55,448 bases of DNA from Lophium mytilinum (Eukaryota). The stretch covers positions 1,054,001 through 1,109,448 of the forward strand of contig MU004187.1 of the NCBI GenBank assembly GCA_010093605.1. The letters run 5' to 3'. The notes beneath the pieces are model-generated. The model was not told where the DNA came from, did no database searches, and saw nothing but the letters and a program-made list of their open reading frames with translations. Below, piece after piece: positions 35,532 to 50,069 of this stretch. Within the stretch, counting starts at the first letter, position 1. Every line of letters starts with the position of its first letter. The position numbers and the translations under genes were made by a program.

Positions 35532-37474
35532 GCATGTATTACTAACTTCAAAAAATTAATACATTTACTTAAATTACTTAGAACCTCCTAAAAATTAAAA
35601 TAGAAACTAAACTAAGGCCGCTCTTTTACTCTATTATAATTATAGAGTTCTAGAACCTCTTAGAGGTATTCTAGGTACACTAAGGCTAGCTAGATACTAA
35701 TTTAACTACCCTCTTCTCTATCTTATAATTCTATATACCTATAGGCTCCTTAGAAATAGTAAATATAATCTACTAAGTCCTTAGCTTCTACTATATAGCT
35801 TTTCTTTTATCTTTTAGCTACTTCTTTATATTATATATCTTCTAGTTCTTCTACTTATAGTACTTTTTAAGAGCCTTAGTATTCTTTCTTTCTCTCTATC
35901 TATTATTTTTAGTAGAGCGCTTAAACTTAGCTATTTTCTTTTTCTTTTTTTTTACTAGCTATTTCTATACCTTCTTCTTAGCCTTTATAGCCTTATTATA
36001 GGCCTTAGTATTTTCTTTCTCTTAATAGAGCTTTTAGGCCTACTATATTTTATTAGATAAATAGACTACTACTCTTTCTTTACTATTTAATACTAGAATC
36101 TAAAAGAGGTTCTTCTATTTCTTTCTCTTCTTCTATTCTATTTTAAAAGCTTTTTAATAGCCCTAAATTTAGCTTTAAAGAAGTATATTAGTACTATATA
36201 CTTAGTTAATATTAATAGTAATTTTATATACTTTTTTTTATAGGTTAGACTTCTTTATAAGCCTTTCTACCTCTTTTAAATATACTTCTATTTACTTCTA
36301 GTCTCTAGCTATAATAGCTAAGCTAGTTAAGTTACTAGATAATAGTTAGTTATTATCTTCTTTATTAACTTTCTCTTTTTTAGTATTAAATTAATCTAAT
36401 ATAGCCGCCGGCTTCTATAGATAAATACCTATCTTCTTCTATCTAGAAGCTATATTATAAGAAGTAATAGCCTTTTTCTATACTACCTAAAAGGTATAGA
36501 AGAAGTCTCTCTTTATAAAGTATAAAAAACCTTTATAATTTATTAGAAATTAGTTTAATTTATTATAGCTATATAATTATATATAATATATAACTAGAGG
36601 TTATATAATAGAGGCTCTATAGAATAGATAAATATTACTCCGCCCTTTAGGTTATTATAATATCTATTCTAGAAACCTCTTTCTCTCTTATATTTATCTT
36701 TTATTAATATTAATACTATTTAATCTAATAATTCTAATATTCTAACCTTAAGCCCTAACATAAAATAAATACCCTTCTAGCTTCCGGAAGTAATAGAAGT
36801 AACCCCTAGAAAATTTTCTATAATAGAGTGCACTTTTATAATAAGCTATAGTATACTTATACCTTTCTATATAGTAACTATTAGTAGCGTTATAGACCCC
36901 TAATAAAGACTATATATTAGGAATTTCTAAATTAAGAAACGCGCGGAGAATACTAGTTACTTATGTAACCTTCTAGAAGACTATATATTTTACCGCTCCG
37001 CGGGCTTTATACTACTCTATAAAAGTTTACCCACTTCTTATATAAAATTTACGCGTAGGCTACGCGGATAATTCTTAATTATAGATAATCTAGCATTATA
37101 GGTAATTATTATAGTTAATAACTACTTTATAGTCCTTATAAATATAGCTATCTACCTTCTCTATCTAACCTTTTAAAACCGCCTAATCCGCCTAGGTTAT
37201 AGATAGATAGATAATAATATAGATAGGGCCTTATATACTAAATATATAATTATCGCGTATAGTAGAAAATTTAAAGTTATACTAGTATATCTAGTTATCT
37301 CTTCTTACTACCTTTACTAGGGCTTTATAGTCTATAGTAACTTTATATATATTATAGACTTTATATATTATATAGATAGTAATACCTATATATATTTCTA
37401 AGAATTATATAACTATTACTAACCTTAATAATTTTAATATCCTAGTAGACTATTAGAGCTAGTAACGCATGCGC
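35532..37474 (-). mobile_element. RIP-degenerated pogo/Fot1 (Tc1-mariner) DNA transposon
   Basis: ~1.95 kb flanked by TA. Degenerate TIRs GCATGTATTACTAACTTC versus the reverse complement of AGAGCTAGTAACGCATGC. Minus-strand relic KRDF..F...KKAITSYNIAS..K.GIY near 36410-36520 resembles DDE_1 transposases. Confidence 0.65.
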
Positions 37475-37494
37475 TAGATATCTAGGCTAGGGAA

Positions 37495-40400
37495 TAGCAT
37501 GTAATATATATATTGCGTGTTAGATAGTAGACTATATAGTAATTTAGAATACATCTAATTGCGGTATATATATTATAAAATAGGAAGATAATACTAAGTA
37601 TAAGATAAAGCCTACTTATACTCTATTTACTAATTCTATACTACTATTCCTTATCCCTAATACTCTTAAGTAACTTAATAACTAGCTGCAGGCTTTTTTC
37701 TCTAAAATCCTGTGCCTTAACGCAGGCAGCTATAAACTTTTAATATTAGTTCTTATTAGATATAATTATAGTATTATTTTTATACTAGCTATATTTATCT
37801 TTCTTTATATAGAACTGCTGCCTAAATTATATAAATAAGAGATTAAGAGGGCACCGCTTCTAGTAGTTCTTTATTTTAATACTCTTCTTAGCCTCCCTAT
37901 AAATTAGAGCTAAGCAGTATAAGTTATTATTAGTAAGGGGCTCTATATTATTAATCTTATTATTCTATAGTTAATATAATTAGTATATTATACTTTAGCT
38001 CTCTACCTTATATAATTATCTATACTATCTATAATATCTAATAAAGTGTCCCTAAAAGGGGGGCTAGATAGAATTAAATATAGTAAGAATAAGTACCTAG
38101 AGTTAAATAGTTATGCTTTACTCTTAATGCGCTTTATTAGCGCATATATCTTCTCGCGTTAGTTAATAAAGTTCTGCTACTAATCCTGCTTCTTTACTTC
38201 TATTCTCGCCACCCTTATAGTAAAGGCCTATTATTATTCTAGTATTATATTTTTAGTTAAATCTAATATATTATAGTGGTTAGGGTTATTATATATATTC
38301 TTATTATTATCTTCTTTATAGTTTATATACTGACCTACCCGTTTTATAATAAATTCTTACTAGTAGGATAATAGTTAGTACTTACGGCGTAAGCTAAGTG
38401 CCCGCTATTAGGCAAGATATTTATTATAATTTACTACTCTAGCTTATAGTTAGCATAGTCTTATATAAGGGGGGCGGTAGTTAATACTAGTAGTAGTAAC
38501 CCTATAAATTAGGTTTATATACTTCTAGCCTAAGGTATATTTACTAATAGCGTAGTAGAGGCAAGTATATATATATATAATAGTATTACCTAAGAGAGGG
38601 TTAAAAAACTCTTTTAAGTATCTTTATATCTCTAAGGCGTTTATAGACTATCCTATAAAGAGTAGGTCTATAACTACTACCTAGATAGCCTTAGCTATAA
38701 AGATTACTAGTGGCCCCTATAATCTATTAGAATACTATCTAATACTAGATTAGTAACTAACCTTAGCTTAGTCTTTATCTACCCTAAAGAGATAGTTCTA
38801 ATTCTTTATTAGTATTAATATAGTACTAGTAATATCTAGAGTTATAAAACTAAGACTATAGCATTCTTATATAATATTATAAGTAACCTTTATTATAGTG
38901 TTATAGAAATAACTAAAAGTGTTATAAATCTAGGTTATATATTATAATTAGCTATTATATAAGGTTATAGAAGTAGGGAGAGAGTAATATACCTTCTGCG
39001 CGTAAAAAGAGTCTAGAGTAGTAGGAATATTAGCTTAAGTATAGAATAGTTAGTCTTTATAGATATCTACCTATATTTATATTAGTACTTACTAAAATAT
39101 ATCTAGCCTAATACTCTTAGTCTAGGCTATAAGGTTATTGCTATATTTTCTAATTATATTAGTACCTAATACTATACTTCTAAGTATCTAGTATCTTATT
39201 TATTCTTCTACTACTATATATTTTACCTCTATAGTTAGTACTTTAGTATACCTATTTATACTATTCTATATCTAAATTATTTTACTATATTATTTTATAC
39301 TAAAGGAGCTAATGCGGTTATAAATAGGTGTACCTCTACCTATGCCTAAGAAGCGGCTAGTAGAAGAGAAGAATAGTAGACTACTTAATATAAAGGTATT
39401 AGACCTAGTTATTTAGTTAACGGCCCTGCAGGCTTCTATTCTAGCTACTATCTTATCTTAGACTACGGCGGCACTCTAATAGGTATTTATTAGTATATAC
39501 TACTTAGTAGAGTAGCTATAATATATATATAAGCTAATCTTACACTTAAAGTCTATTTACACGCGGAAGTTAGTATTACTAGATTAGAAGATAGGTGTAT
39601 GCCTATTCTTATTCTCTATACCGCGTTTTCTCTTTCTAGTAAGAGATAAGGTGCGGCTGGACGGCTAAGATAATATAGTATTGCTATCTTAGAATATTCT
39701 AGTAGTATATTCTCTTTTACTTATTAAGTTCTATATATTTATTATTAGTTAGTAGGCATTAGAGTTAAGAAAGCTAGGCGTATTACTATATTAATTAGTT
39801 TTAAGGCAGCGCATTTTTACTTTTTTACTATCTATAGTTATATGCGTTAGCTATATATATATTAATATATACTATAGATAGAGTATATAGTATAGTATAT
39901 TTAAGTTATATAGTAAGTCTCTATTTAGAATAGAGAGAGATAGTTCTATATTATCTTTTACTATATTTAAGTAGGTAATATTAAGCCTTACTAAATAATA
40001 GATAGGGGGCGTATAGCAAAAGAATATTCTATTTCTTAAGGTAGAGTGCAAGAATAATAACTATAAAGAGAAGTAAAGTAGATTATAATTAAGTAGTATA
40101 GAGAGAAGGGAATAAAAGGGGAGTAAGTTATATATTTATTATAATAGAATATAATAGAGCTAGCTAGATGCAGTCTATACGCATTAACTTAGTATCTTTA
40201 GCTAGTTATATACCTCTTCTCTATTTCCCTCTTAATAAAGCCCTATTATTCTATATAATTAAATACTTCTATTTATATAATTACCTCTTCTATTATATTA
40301 CCTTAGACTAGAGCTTACACTTATGTACTTATATTAACTTCTACTAATTACTATACGCGCGCTACTACCTTCTACTATTATTTCTAGATAGCATCTCCTA

Positions 40401-42382
40401 TACTATTAAAATAGTAGTTAGTTAAGAGATTATAGACTTTATATTCTATATTATTAGATAGATAGCTAGCTAAGTTAGAGGCCCTAATAGAGGTATTAAT
40501 ATTATAATACGCAGCCGTCCCCTTATTACTAACTTTATCCCCGGTTAGGCAACCTACTTAGGCGTAAATAACCTGCTAGCTATCTCCTCTAGCTATAGTA
40601 TATATCCCTCTTCTATATTATTAATAATAAACGCCTCTACCTTTACTAACTAAATTATGTAACCTTAAGCTATTATATCCTTCTCTCTCTTAGCCTAAAA
40701 TACTCTCTTTACTACTATTTAGGCCTTCTTTCTATAATTCTAGCCCTCTATTAGTTGCTACGCTATAAGTAGTTATATACTATATTATAGAGTACTTCTC
40801 TATAGTAGAAAGGTCTCTAGATAGAAGAATAGAAGAGTAGTCTACTAGTAGTAAATTCCCCCCCTATAGAATCTATATACCTAGTTAGAATATTTAGCTA
40901 TATAGCTATACTTCTAGTTCTAATAATAGCTATAGTTTAGATAACTCTATACCGCCTATATATAGGGATATTAAGCTATTTATATTCTAGTCTAGTAAAA
41001 TAGTATAAAGTTATAATAAGGCCCCGCCTTAGGGTAGTATAGTTCTAGTCCAGTTCCCTTAGTAAGGCGGGCTATAGAATAGTCTAATTATAAATTAGGT
41101 TAGCTAGGTATATAGACTTTTATACTATCTAAGTTCTCTACCTTTTATAGTTTTATACTTTTATCTCTTATATAACTCTTATATTCTTTTTAACTTTTTC
41201 TATAGCTCTAATCTCTTACTTATTTATCTTATTACGCAGGCGTTTATAACTGGTAGAGGCTAATATAGGTATAGGTAGAAGAATAGCATAGTACTAGCTA
41301 GAATAGATAGATATAGAGGTGTTATCTATCTATATTAGCTATATTAATTAAAATTGTCGCATATATCTAATATACTATTTAGCTAAGGCTTAATAATTAG
41401 GGTAATATAGTCTAGTTCTCTTAATAAACTCTAATACACTATTACTATATACTAGTCTACCTTATTCTTAACTAGAAACTTAAGATTATCTATAATATAG
41501 TAATATATAGTTTTACATCCTATATTAAGACTAAATATTATATTTAACCTAGTAATAAGCATACTAAATTTAGGGGCTAGTATTACTAGTATACTCTTTA
41601 GTAGTATAGGTAGTGTAAGTTTATATGCTAGTATAATATAGGCAGCCTTACTATCTAGCCGCTTTACTAATATTAACTTTATTTCTATATACGCTAAACT
41701 ATAGTAGCATTTAGAGTGCGGCGAAGTTCTATTTTATTTAGTAGGCGGAGTGTCTATAGAATTAGAATAATAAAACGCGTTAATATAATCTTATCTTTTT
41801 TTATTATAGTTATATTACTATATAAGTTTTAATATCTACTTATATTTTTCTTTAAGTAGAATATATAAAAGTATTTTAGAAAACTTCTTTATAATATCTA
41901 TTATTATAAATTATACTATCCCCCTAATTATCTTTAAGTAGAGGAATCCGCCTAGTAGGTCTACTAATTTTATCTTAGTCTCTATTATAGTATATAGCGT
42001 ATTATATTTATAGGCGCTAATATTAAGGCCTTATATAAGCTTATTTCTAGAGTTTAGCTTAAGGTTATTAGGTATTAGGGACTAGCCTTATTTATCTAAT
42101 AATATAATAGTTTAATAATTCTTAGGGTATAGAAGGGGTAGAAAAGGTAAAGTTAGAGTTAGTTTATATACGTGTTTAGATAATAGAGTGCTAAGACTAG
42201 ACTCTTATTGCGTCTGCGTAACTAAATTAGCTACTTTAGCAGTAACTATTTTGTAGTAATTAATAGAATACCTATACTACCTCTTCTCTTAAGAAGAAAC
42301 TAAAGCCCCTTTATATTAATAGCAACCTAGTATTTATTAAGTTATTAGTATAAGATCTAGATAGTTTAGTATTAGGCTAAAA
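37495..42382. mobile_element. Unclassified heavily RIP-mutated repeat, left part (host of the Gypsy insertion)
   Basis: AT-rich with TpA excess and CpA/TpG depletion, no ORFs; the Gypsy TSD shows it is contiguous with 50070 onward. Confidence 0.5.
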
Positions 42383-42593
42383 TATAGGGGGCCGATATAA
42401 CACAAGTAATAAGGCTTATTAACTATTACGAAAATCTAAGCTAAGGAGAAGAGAGAGAGCTAGGAGCTCTTGAGAGGTTGTAGTTTAAGGCCGGCGCACA
42501 GGCCGCGGCCTAGCGCGTCTTACTTAGGTTACATAAGGGGCGGCATATAACCTAAGCACGTAATTATTATAATTCTAGGTTTATACTATAATA
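42383..42593 (-). repeat. 3' LTR
   Basis: Direct repeat of 49859-50069 differing by transitions; adjacent to the polypurine tract. Confidence 0.92.
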
Positions 42594-45500
42594 CTACCTC
42601 CCCCTTTAAAAGCTAAAGTTCTATAAGGCTTATAACATATTATAGCTTCTCTATTATTTTTATCCTGTTTCTGTTAAGCTGCTTATACAGCGTTTCTACT
42701 TATATACTTGCTATTATTTATAGCCTTACTATATCTATTATTTCCGTTATTATATTTATCCTTATAGTTATCCTTATAGTTATTCTTAAGCGCTGTAAGC
42801 GGACCGTATAAGTTAACTTAAGGCCTATTATTAGCTTCTACCTATTAGAGTCCTACTTTAGATTGCTTATGCAGAATAGCCTTCTCGCGAGATAACTTAG
42901 CTACCTAATAAGGTTGCTATTTATACTTACTTAGGCTAGTGCTTAGGATATTCTATAGGCCTACTATTGCCGCGGTAGCGCTTATACTTTTACCTATTAT
43001 CTTCGCGACCTTCTATTCTAGCGTTCTAAACATTAAATAAGGTTCTAGCCGCTGGCTGTATTTTATATAATAGTCTATAAGGAGTTTATTATAGCCGTCG
43101 GCGTTCTAATAAGGCTCCCATTTAGGCTAGATATTATTATATCTAGTCTAGGCCATCTTATATACTAAGTAAGGCTTCTTGCCTATATAGGGATTAAGGC
43201 GTTAGCCGTTAAAATAGAAGTCTAATACCGCGTTAATATAGTATTCCCCTGTAAAGCTATCTTCTTCTATCTTAAGTATAGGTAGGGGTTCTAGATATTA
43301 TCCCGGAAGGGGCGGATTTTTATTAATTTAATAGAGTAACTATAGATAGAATACTAGAAAGATTCCTTTTATAGAGTTAGGAAGTTCCAGCTTATAGGCT
43401 ATATTATTAATAACCCGTGTTATATAAAATAGACCGAGATTCTTATAGTTAAGAGACTTACTTAGCCGCGTAGTATAGATGTTCTTAGTGTTAAGCATAA
43501 CTATATTATTAACCTTAAATTTAGGGGCGGGCAGCTAATTTTAATCGGCCAGTTTCTTTATTTTAGATTGATTCTAATAGAGCTCTCCTTTAAGGAACTC
43601 CCGTAGATTATAAATGCGCGTAATAAGTTTCTTAGCTGCGTTAACTCTATAGTGTTTAGGGCCTAGAATAATAACTTCTTATAATAACAGCTTTAAGCCG
43701 CTGCGGGGTGTATAGCCTTTAGTAGCCTTAAACAGTAATACGCCGGTGGACTAATTAATGTCGGCGTTGGCCTTAAATTCGGCAAACGTAATTAAGTTTA
43801 CCTAGTTATCTTATAGGTAATAAATGTACGCGCGCAGGTACTGCTTTAGACCTGCGTTAATAATTTTAGTCTACCTATTAGTTTCTAGATAGGCTGTAGT
43901 TAATAGCTTTAGGTGCGTTTCTACGCGTTTGCATAGGTGCTTCTAAAAGAAGGATATAAACTGCGCACCACGGTTAGATATAATACAGTCTAGATAGCCT
44001 TCTTTGCGCTAAATCTAATTAATAAAGGCCTGCGCAACGTCTTCTAGCTCTATAGAGTCTAGAGAAATAAATTTACGTTTCTTAGAAAGTTAATTAACGA
44101 CTACTATAACGTGTTAGTACATGCGGCCCTTAATAGTGTAAGGGGGCAGCTTAGTAATAAAATTAATAGAGATGTCTATCTAGTATTAATTTAGAATAGA
44201 GAGTAGCTTAAGTAAGCTATATTTACTATTCTTATAGACCTTTATATATCTGCATGTAAGGCATGCATTAATATAGATAGTAATGGAGTTTATAATTCCT
44301 AGCTAATAGTACTAGGAGGAGAGGTAATAATAGAGAGAGTTTCTTCTAGCATGGCCTCTAGGGAGAGAGTTATAAGCTTTCTTAATTAACTGTGTATAGA
44401 GTTTTGCGTTGTAAGGAATATATAAGCGGCCGTTAATAAATAGCCTATTTTTATAGATCTTGCAGTTGCTAAGCTTAATTTTAATGCCCTGTTTTTAAAT
44501 AAGTTTAAGCAGAATCTATTATTTACCTGTTTCCTTAGCGTGCATAATGCGCTGGAGGATATTATCCTCTATATACGCGCGATTAATCTACTAAATAGTG
44601 GCGTTGTTAGTGTAGTTACCTAGTAAGTTCTTATTTAACTTATTACTGGGCTTAGACACCTTTAGCGCTTCTTCTTTAGTAGTGGGGTCCGTAGGTGCGG
44701 GTTTAGGTGCGGGTTTAGGGGTAATTAGCGTAGTAATATTAGGGGTAGTATTATATAGATCTTTATCTAACTTACTATAGTTAGCTATAGCCTTAGTTAA
44801 GCGCTTCTTCTTTCCTCTAGTTCTATTAGCAGCCAGAATAATATATGGGATATTAGTAGAATATTATTCTATAATGTTATATATTAGCTGGGTAAGCCTC
44901 TTAATAGGGACTTTCTATTTATCTAGAAGTATGCTAGTAAGCTATAAGGCTCTATATATTTCCTCCGGCAGGTTCCTTTTCTTTAATATAGTTTATATTT
45001 AATACTTAGTTCTAGAATTATTTAGATTATCTAGAATATCGCTAGGCCTATAAGTAAGGCTATTAGGCTTAGTTAACTACTTGCCTAGTCGCCAGTTTAG
45101 AACAAAGTTAAATTAGGAAAGATACTTAGCCCAGCGGGCTTATTAGCAGTTTAACTATTTAGAAGATATAAAGTATTCTAGGTTCTTATAATCTATCTAT
45201 ACTAGCGTAGAGTTAATTACGCTAGTAAGCTTAGGGCGCTATTCCTTAAAGGCGCGGATAATAGTAAGCAACTCCTTATTATATATCTTATAGTTGCATT
45301 TAGCGGGAGTTATTTTCTTAAAAAGGAAGGCGACGGGGCGGAGAATTCCATCTAGGCCTTATTAAGAGAGGATAGCAGTAATAATATAGTTAGATGCATC
45401 TATTTCTAATATATAGTCCAGGTCTAGGTTAAAGTAGGCTAAGACTAGCGCTAAAAGAAAAGAGGCTTTAAGCTTTTTAAAGGCTTACGCTGCTAGACTA

Positions 45501-46790
45501 TTAGTAAGTAAGGGGAAATTACCTTATTTTATTGTTTTCTTAGTAAGCTTAGTTAGTAGTGCAGTAATCTATAAATAACTAGTAATAAATTACTAATAGA
45601 AATTGTAAAAGCTAAGGAATAATTAAATATTCTTAACATTACAGGGCAGCTGCTAGTCTTAGATAGCGCTAACTTTAGTCGGGTCTATCTCTATACTATT
45701 AGGCGTGATAATAAGTCTAAGATACTTTACGCGTTTAACTGAGAAATAATACTTATTAATGTTAAGAAAGAGTTCTACGTTATATAGTACTGTAAGGACG
45801 TTTATATAGTTCTTTTTATAATTCTCTTTATTATTACTATAGATAAGAACGTTATCTATATATACTATATAGTAGATATCTAGGTATAGGCGTAGTATAG
45901 AATTAATAAAGGATTAAAACGTGCTAGAAGCGTTATATAGGCTAAAGGGCATAACGTTAAATTTAAAGATGCTGTATTAAGTGCGGAAGGCTATCTTATA
46001 CTAGTTGCTATTCTTAACGCGGATGTTATTAAATGCGGTAATAATGTTAAAGACGGAGTATATCTTAGCTTTATAAAGCTGCGTAATTATATTATGCAAG
46101 AGAGGAGGTGCGTTTCTATCCTTAATTATAATTTTGTTTAGTAAGCGGTAATTAATGCAGATACGGAGTCCTCTGCCTAGCTTATAGATAATAATAATAG
46201 GCGCCGTAAATAGCAATATGCTAGGGCAAATAAAGCTCTTTCTAAGCATCTTATTAATGTAGGCTTTAACAGCACGCAGCTTATTATAAGAGAGGCTATA
46301 TTAGCGCAGGACTGGGGGTTTTATATTTAGATTCTTAAAATTAATGGCATAGTCTACGCTAGGCCTGTACGGGGGTAGTTTATTAGCTACTTACGGGTTA
46401 AAAGCATCTAAGATCTAATAAAAGAATAGAGGAATCTTTTATTAAAGCTAGTTCTTTATATATAGTGATTTTATTATCTTTTCTTTAAACCGATAATAGT
46501 TCTTAGTAGTAACGCCTGCTAGGTTTGCAACCTATTGTCCGTAGGCGTGTTAGTTATCTATATCTAGAGGTTTATCTAGCTGCTTAAAATCCTATAAAGT
46601 AATAGTTATTACTACGTCCTTATTATATTTAGCTATGGTGGAATAGGCGTACGTAGAGATAAATTAAATATTATAAGCTAGTGGCTTATCTAGTGGAACT
46701 AGTTTAGGCGGAAGAGGCTTACTATTATAATCTAGCTAAGGGGAGTCTTCCGCGTTATTAGGGCCTTTAACGGTTAGGCTAAGGTTAGAA

Positions 46791-46823
46791 TTAGGGTTAG
46801 AGTTAGGGTTAGGGTTAGGGTTA
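46791..46823 (+). repeat. Telomere-like (TTAGGG)n tract inside Gypsy pol
   Basis: TTAGGG TTAGAG TTAGGG TTAGGG TTAGGG TTA. Confidence 0.8.
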
Positions 46824-49800
46824 TATTAAGAGCTGTGGAAATTACCTAGATTCTAGTATAGTTTAATTTTAATATATTTTAAATAGATAAGGCTCTTAGT
46901 AATAACTAGCCTACTATACTAGAGGCAGTTAGACATGCAGTAGTTAGATTAGAAGATAAGTTAGGTCTTTCTAAAACTAGCAGTAGGGTTATAAAGCTAG
47001 AGCTAGAGCATGCCTAAAATTATATTATATTATCTAGTATTAGTAACGTAGCAGGTTATAGTATTATAGTAGTTGCTAATGTAGAAGGTAATATCTACTG
47101 CGCGGTCTAGTATAATAAAGGGCTTACTATTAGTAAGCTTAAGGATAACGGGTTGTAAGAGGGGTCGGGTAGGTATTTTATAAAGGCGCGCGGTTTTTAA
47201 ATAAAGGAATTAAGAGCCTAATTCTGTATTAGAGAGGATTTTAGCAGTAAATAGATTAAATTAGAGGATTCTACCTAAAAAGCTGAATTATTCGCTATTA
47301 ACTAGCTAGGGCGTAAGAGTAGACATACGCATAACAACCGGCTTAATTTCTTATTCTAAAATAGTAATCCTATCTATAACTGCTCTTAATTTTCTATTAT
47401 TAAAGACTATTAGGGGTTCTTAGTAGTAACTATTACTAAGAACTAAGCATTTTCTATTATTTTATTATAGGCAGAGCTAGTGTTTATAGCGCTAATATTA
47501 ACGCTGGTAAGGCTAATTTTATTGGCAAGGCCGCTAACCTTATAGATGGGGACTAGCTATTAGCTAATATATAGGGCGTTGCTATTAGCTATATATCTGC
47601 GCTCTAGATAGTTCTAGTAGTATCCTAGCTACTTAAGGTGCGTAATAGTGCGGCGATTGCAACTAAAGAGGCCTAGAGAGTTATTTACAGCGGTTGCGGT
47701 GCTAGAAGTAGCGTTACTAGTATTATTCTTAGATATGCGCTTAGTATTAGTAAGCGGAGGATAGTAAGATACGGAGGATGTTAAGCCTCCGCCTGTAGCT
47801 TTACGGGTGTCGCGCATGGACTTAGAAGTCTCCTTATTCTTACTCTTATTCTTATTTAGCTTAATAATATCTAGCTGTAATTCTAGGGTTTATAGGAAAG
47901 TAATAAAAGTTATTACGTTAGTATTCTATCTATTAGTAGCCTTATACTTAAGGCTATTAGTAAGATTATATTATATATAGTAGATCTTCTCGGGGTCTTT
48001 AAGGCGGAGGGAGGCTACGCTAGTATTAAAGCATCCTACCTAGGTTATAATGCGCTTATCTTTCTCTTATATAAACTTACTATTATATAAATTAGTATAT
48101 ATATTAGCCGCCTTATTAAAAGGTCTATAGACCTTATCTAGATTGTTAATTAGTTCTTCTATAGAGAGGTATAGCTTATTACTATTAGATTTAGCGCGAT
48201 AGAAGATTATATTAAAGGCTTCTCTCTTAAGCCGGTTGCGGACGTACACTATATAATAATACGCGGTGGCGTATAATAGTGCGCAGATATCTAGCTTACT
48301 AAGCACCTGCATGCGCCACTGCTAGTAGAATAGCTTATCCTTATTACTGCTACTAAACTTGTCTAGATTAGGGTGGCGATATATTGCTGCGTACGCGCCG
48401 GGGTCTTAAACAGGCGTAAATAGAGTAGCGGACTTACTCTTAATAGGTTTAAACTATAGAAGTTAGCCGACAGGACGTTAATAAAGTAGAACTGCGGGTG
48501 TAGAAGAATAAGTGCTATTATTATTATTAGAATTACGGTTAAGGTCTAATAGTTATAGATAAGCTTATTAATAAAGCTGTAGTTTAAGCTTCTTAATGTA
48601 AGTAGTAAGCTACTTATATATTCCCTTAAGGGTCTAATACTAGCCACGCTAATAGTTGCGGCGTAGGCGCATCTAGTTAAGTTTAAGGTCGGCCTGGTAA
48701 CTGCTAGCGGCGTGCTGCAGCTATTTAGCGCGATGGGCCTCCAACTCTTATTCTACTATAGTAGTGTTGTTAGTTATATCCTACTTATATTTTTAATACT
48801 TATTCTAGAGTTTATTATAGAGCTTATCTTTATTATTAGCTTTCTTAAAGCTAACTTTATATTCTATATAGAGCTTCTAGAAGGATTCCCACTATATAAG
48901 GTTATCCTTATTTACTGCAGTAGTAAACTTAGTCTTATTTATAACTATAGTATTAATAGTTATAGTACTATTAGTATAATAGTTAAGAAGCTAGACTAGT
49001 AGCTAAATATAGCGCCGGAGGTTATTTTCTTATAGCTCCTCTAGAATATCTATATACTCGGGTTTAGTGTCTAGAACCTATTTTATTTTATGGCGTATAA
49101 CTAGGATAGATACTTATTAGTCTACTATAGAGATATAGCGGTGGGTAGAACGCAGGTTGCTTCTAGGTTATTTATTTATATTATCTCTAGTAATAAATTA
49201 TATAGCGCGCTTGCCTAGAGCGTTTGCACTAGGGGTAATAAAGCCGCCTTTATTATTAGAGTTGCGGTCCGGATTAAGTTTATTAGTAATGTTCTAGTTC
49301 TAGTTAGGTCCGGTAGTATTAACTTAATTATCCGCTAGGCGTTTAGGGCGCTAGGTATTAGCGCGCTGGGTATTAGGGCGCTAAGTATTAGCGCGCTGGG
49401 TGTTATCTATTATCTATAAGGTAGCTAGAAGAGTTATAAAGTCTTAGGTCTATTCTTAGGTATTTAGAATTAGTTCTTTAGTTCTATAGCGGGAGCTAGG
49501 AATAATAACTAGAGTAGAAGAGCCCTTAGCTGCGCTGTAGAAATGCGCAAGGCGCGCAGCACGGTAGGCTTTCTTATTACTAGCGGTTAATAGAGTTATA
49601 GAAGTATTTAGGTTAGCGCTACTTATAGCGCCTAGAGTCTTTAGATTGTTTTAAAGCTTAGCTATAGTAACTAGCTTATTTAAAGGAGGCGGTGCTGGAT
49701 TATAGTCTACTAGGTTAGATTTAGGTGCCGCGCGTAGCTATATAGCTAGGCCGGCAGGAAGGTGTTTAATTAGTTTTAGTAAAAAACGCCTAGATCTCGC

Positions 49801-49858
49801 GATAGAGTTCTAGAAAAAATTAATAAGATTCTAAGCGTAGAAGAGTAAGCTTAGATTA

Positions 49859-50069
49859 TATAGGGGGCTAATATAATATAAGTAATAAGGCTTATTAACT
49901 ATTATAAAAATCTAAGCTAAGGAGGAGAGAGAGAGCTAGGAGCTCTTAAGAGGTTATAGTTTAAGGCCGGCGTACAGGCCGCGGCCTAGCGCGTCTCGCT
50001 TAGGTCATGTAAGGGGCGGCACGTAACCTAAGCACGTGATTATTATAATCCTAGGTTTGTGCCGTAATA
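49859..50069 (-). repeat. 5' LTR
   Basis: Direct repeat of 42383-42593; the expected TG...CA termini read TA...TA, as RIP would produce. Confidence 0.92.

Larger units (their letters stand above)
42383..50069 (-). mobile_element. Full-length RIP-inactivated Ty3/Gypsy chromovirus LTR retrotransposon (7687 bp)
   Basis: 211-bp LTRs, TSD TAAAA (42378-42382 and 50070-50074) and PPT at ~42594-42609. RT relic LRICINYRLLNKIIIKDRNAPPL and YIDN (~45850-46250), RNase H and integrase relics, chromodomain relic EYYINAVLD..WEPY near 43110-43250. Confidence 0.93.

Noticed and set aside
46791..46823. True telomere or chromosome fusion scar
   Set aside because: Short, degenerate and embedded in an intact LTR element with a matching TSD.
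48712..48999. Hydrophobic 95-aa ORF
   Set aside because: Antisense to the RIP-mutated gag region; the I/L/Y richness is an AT-bias artefact.
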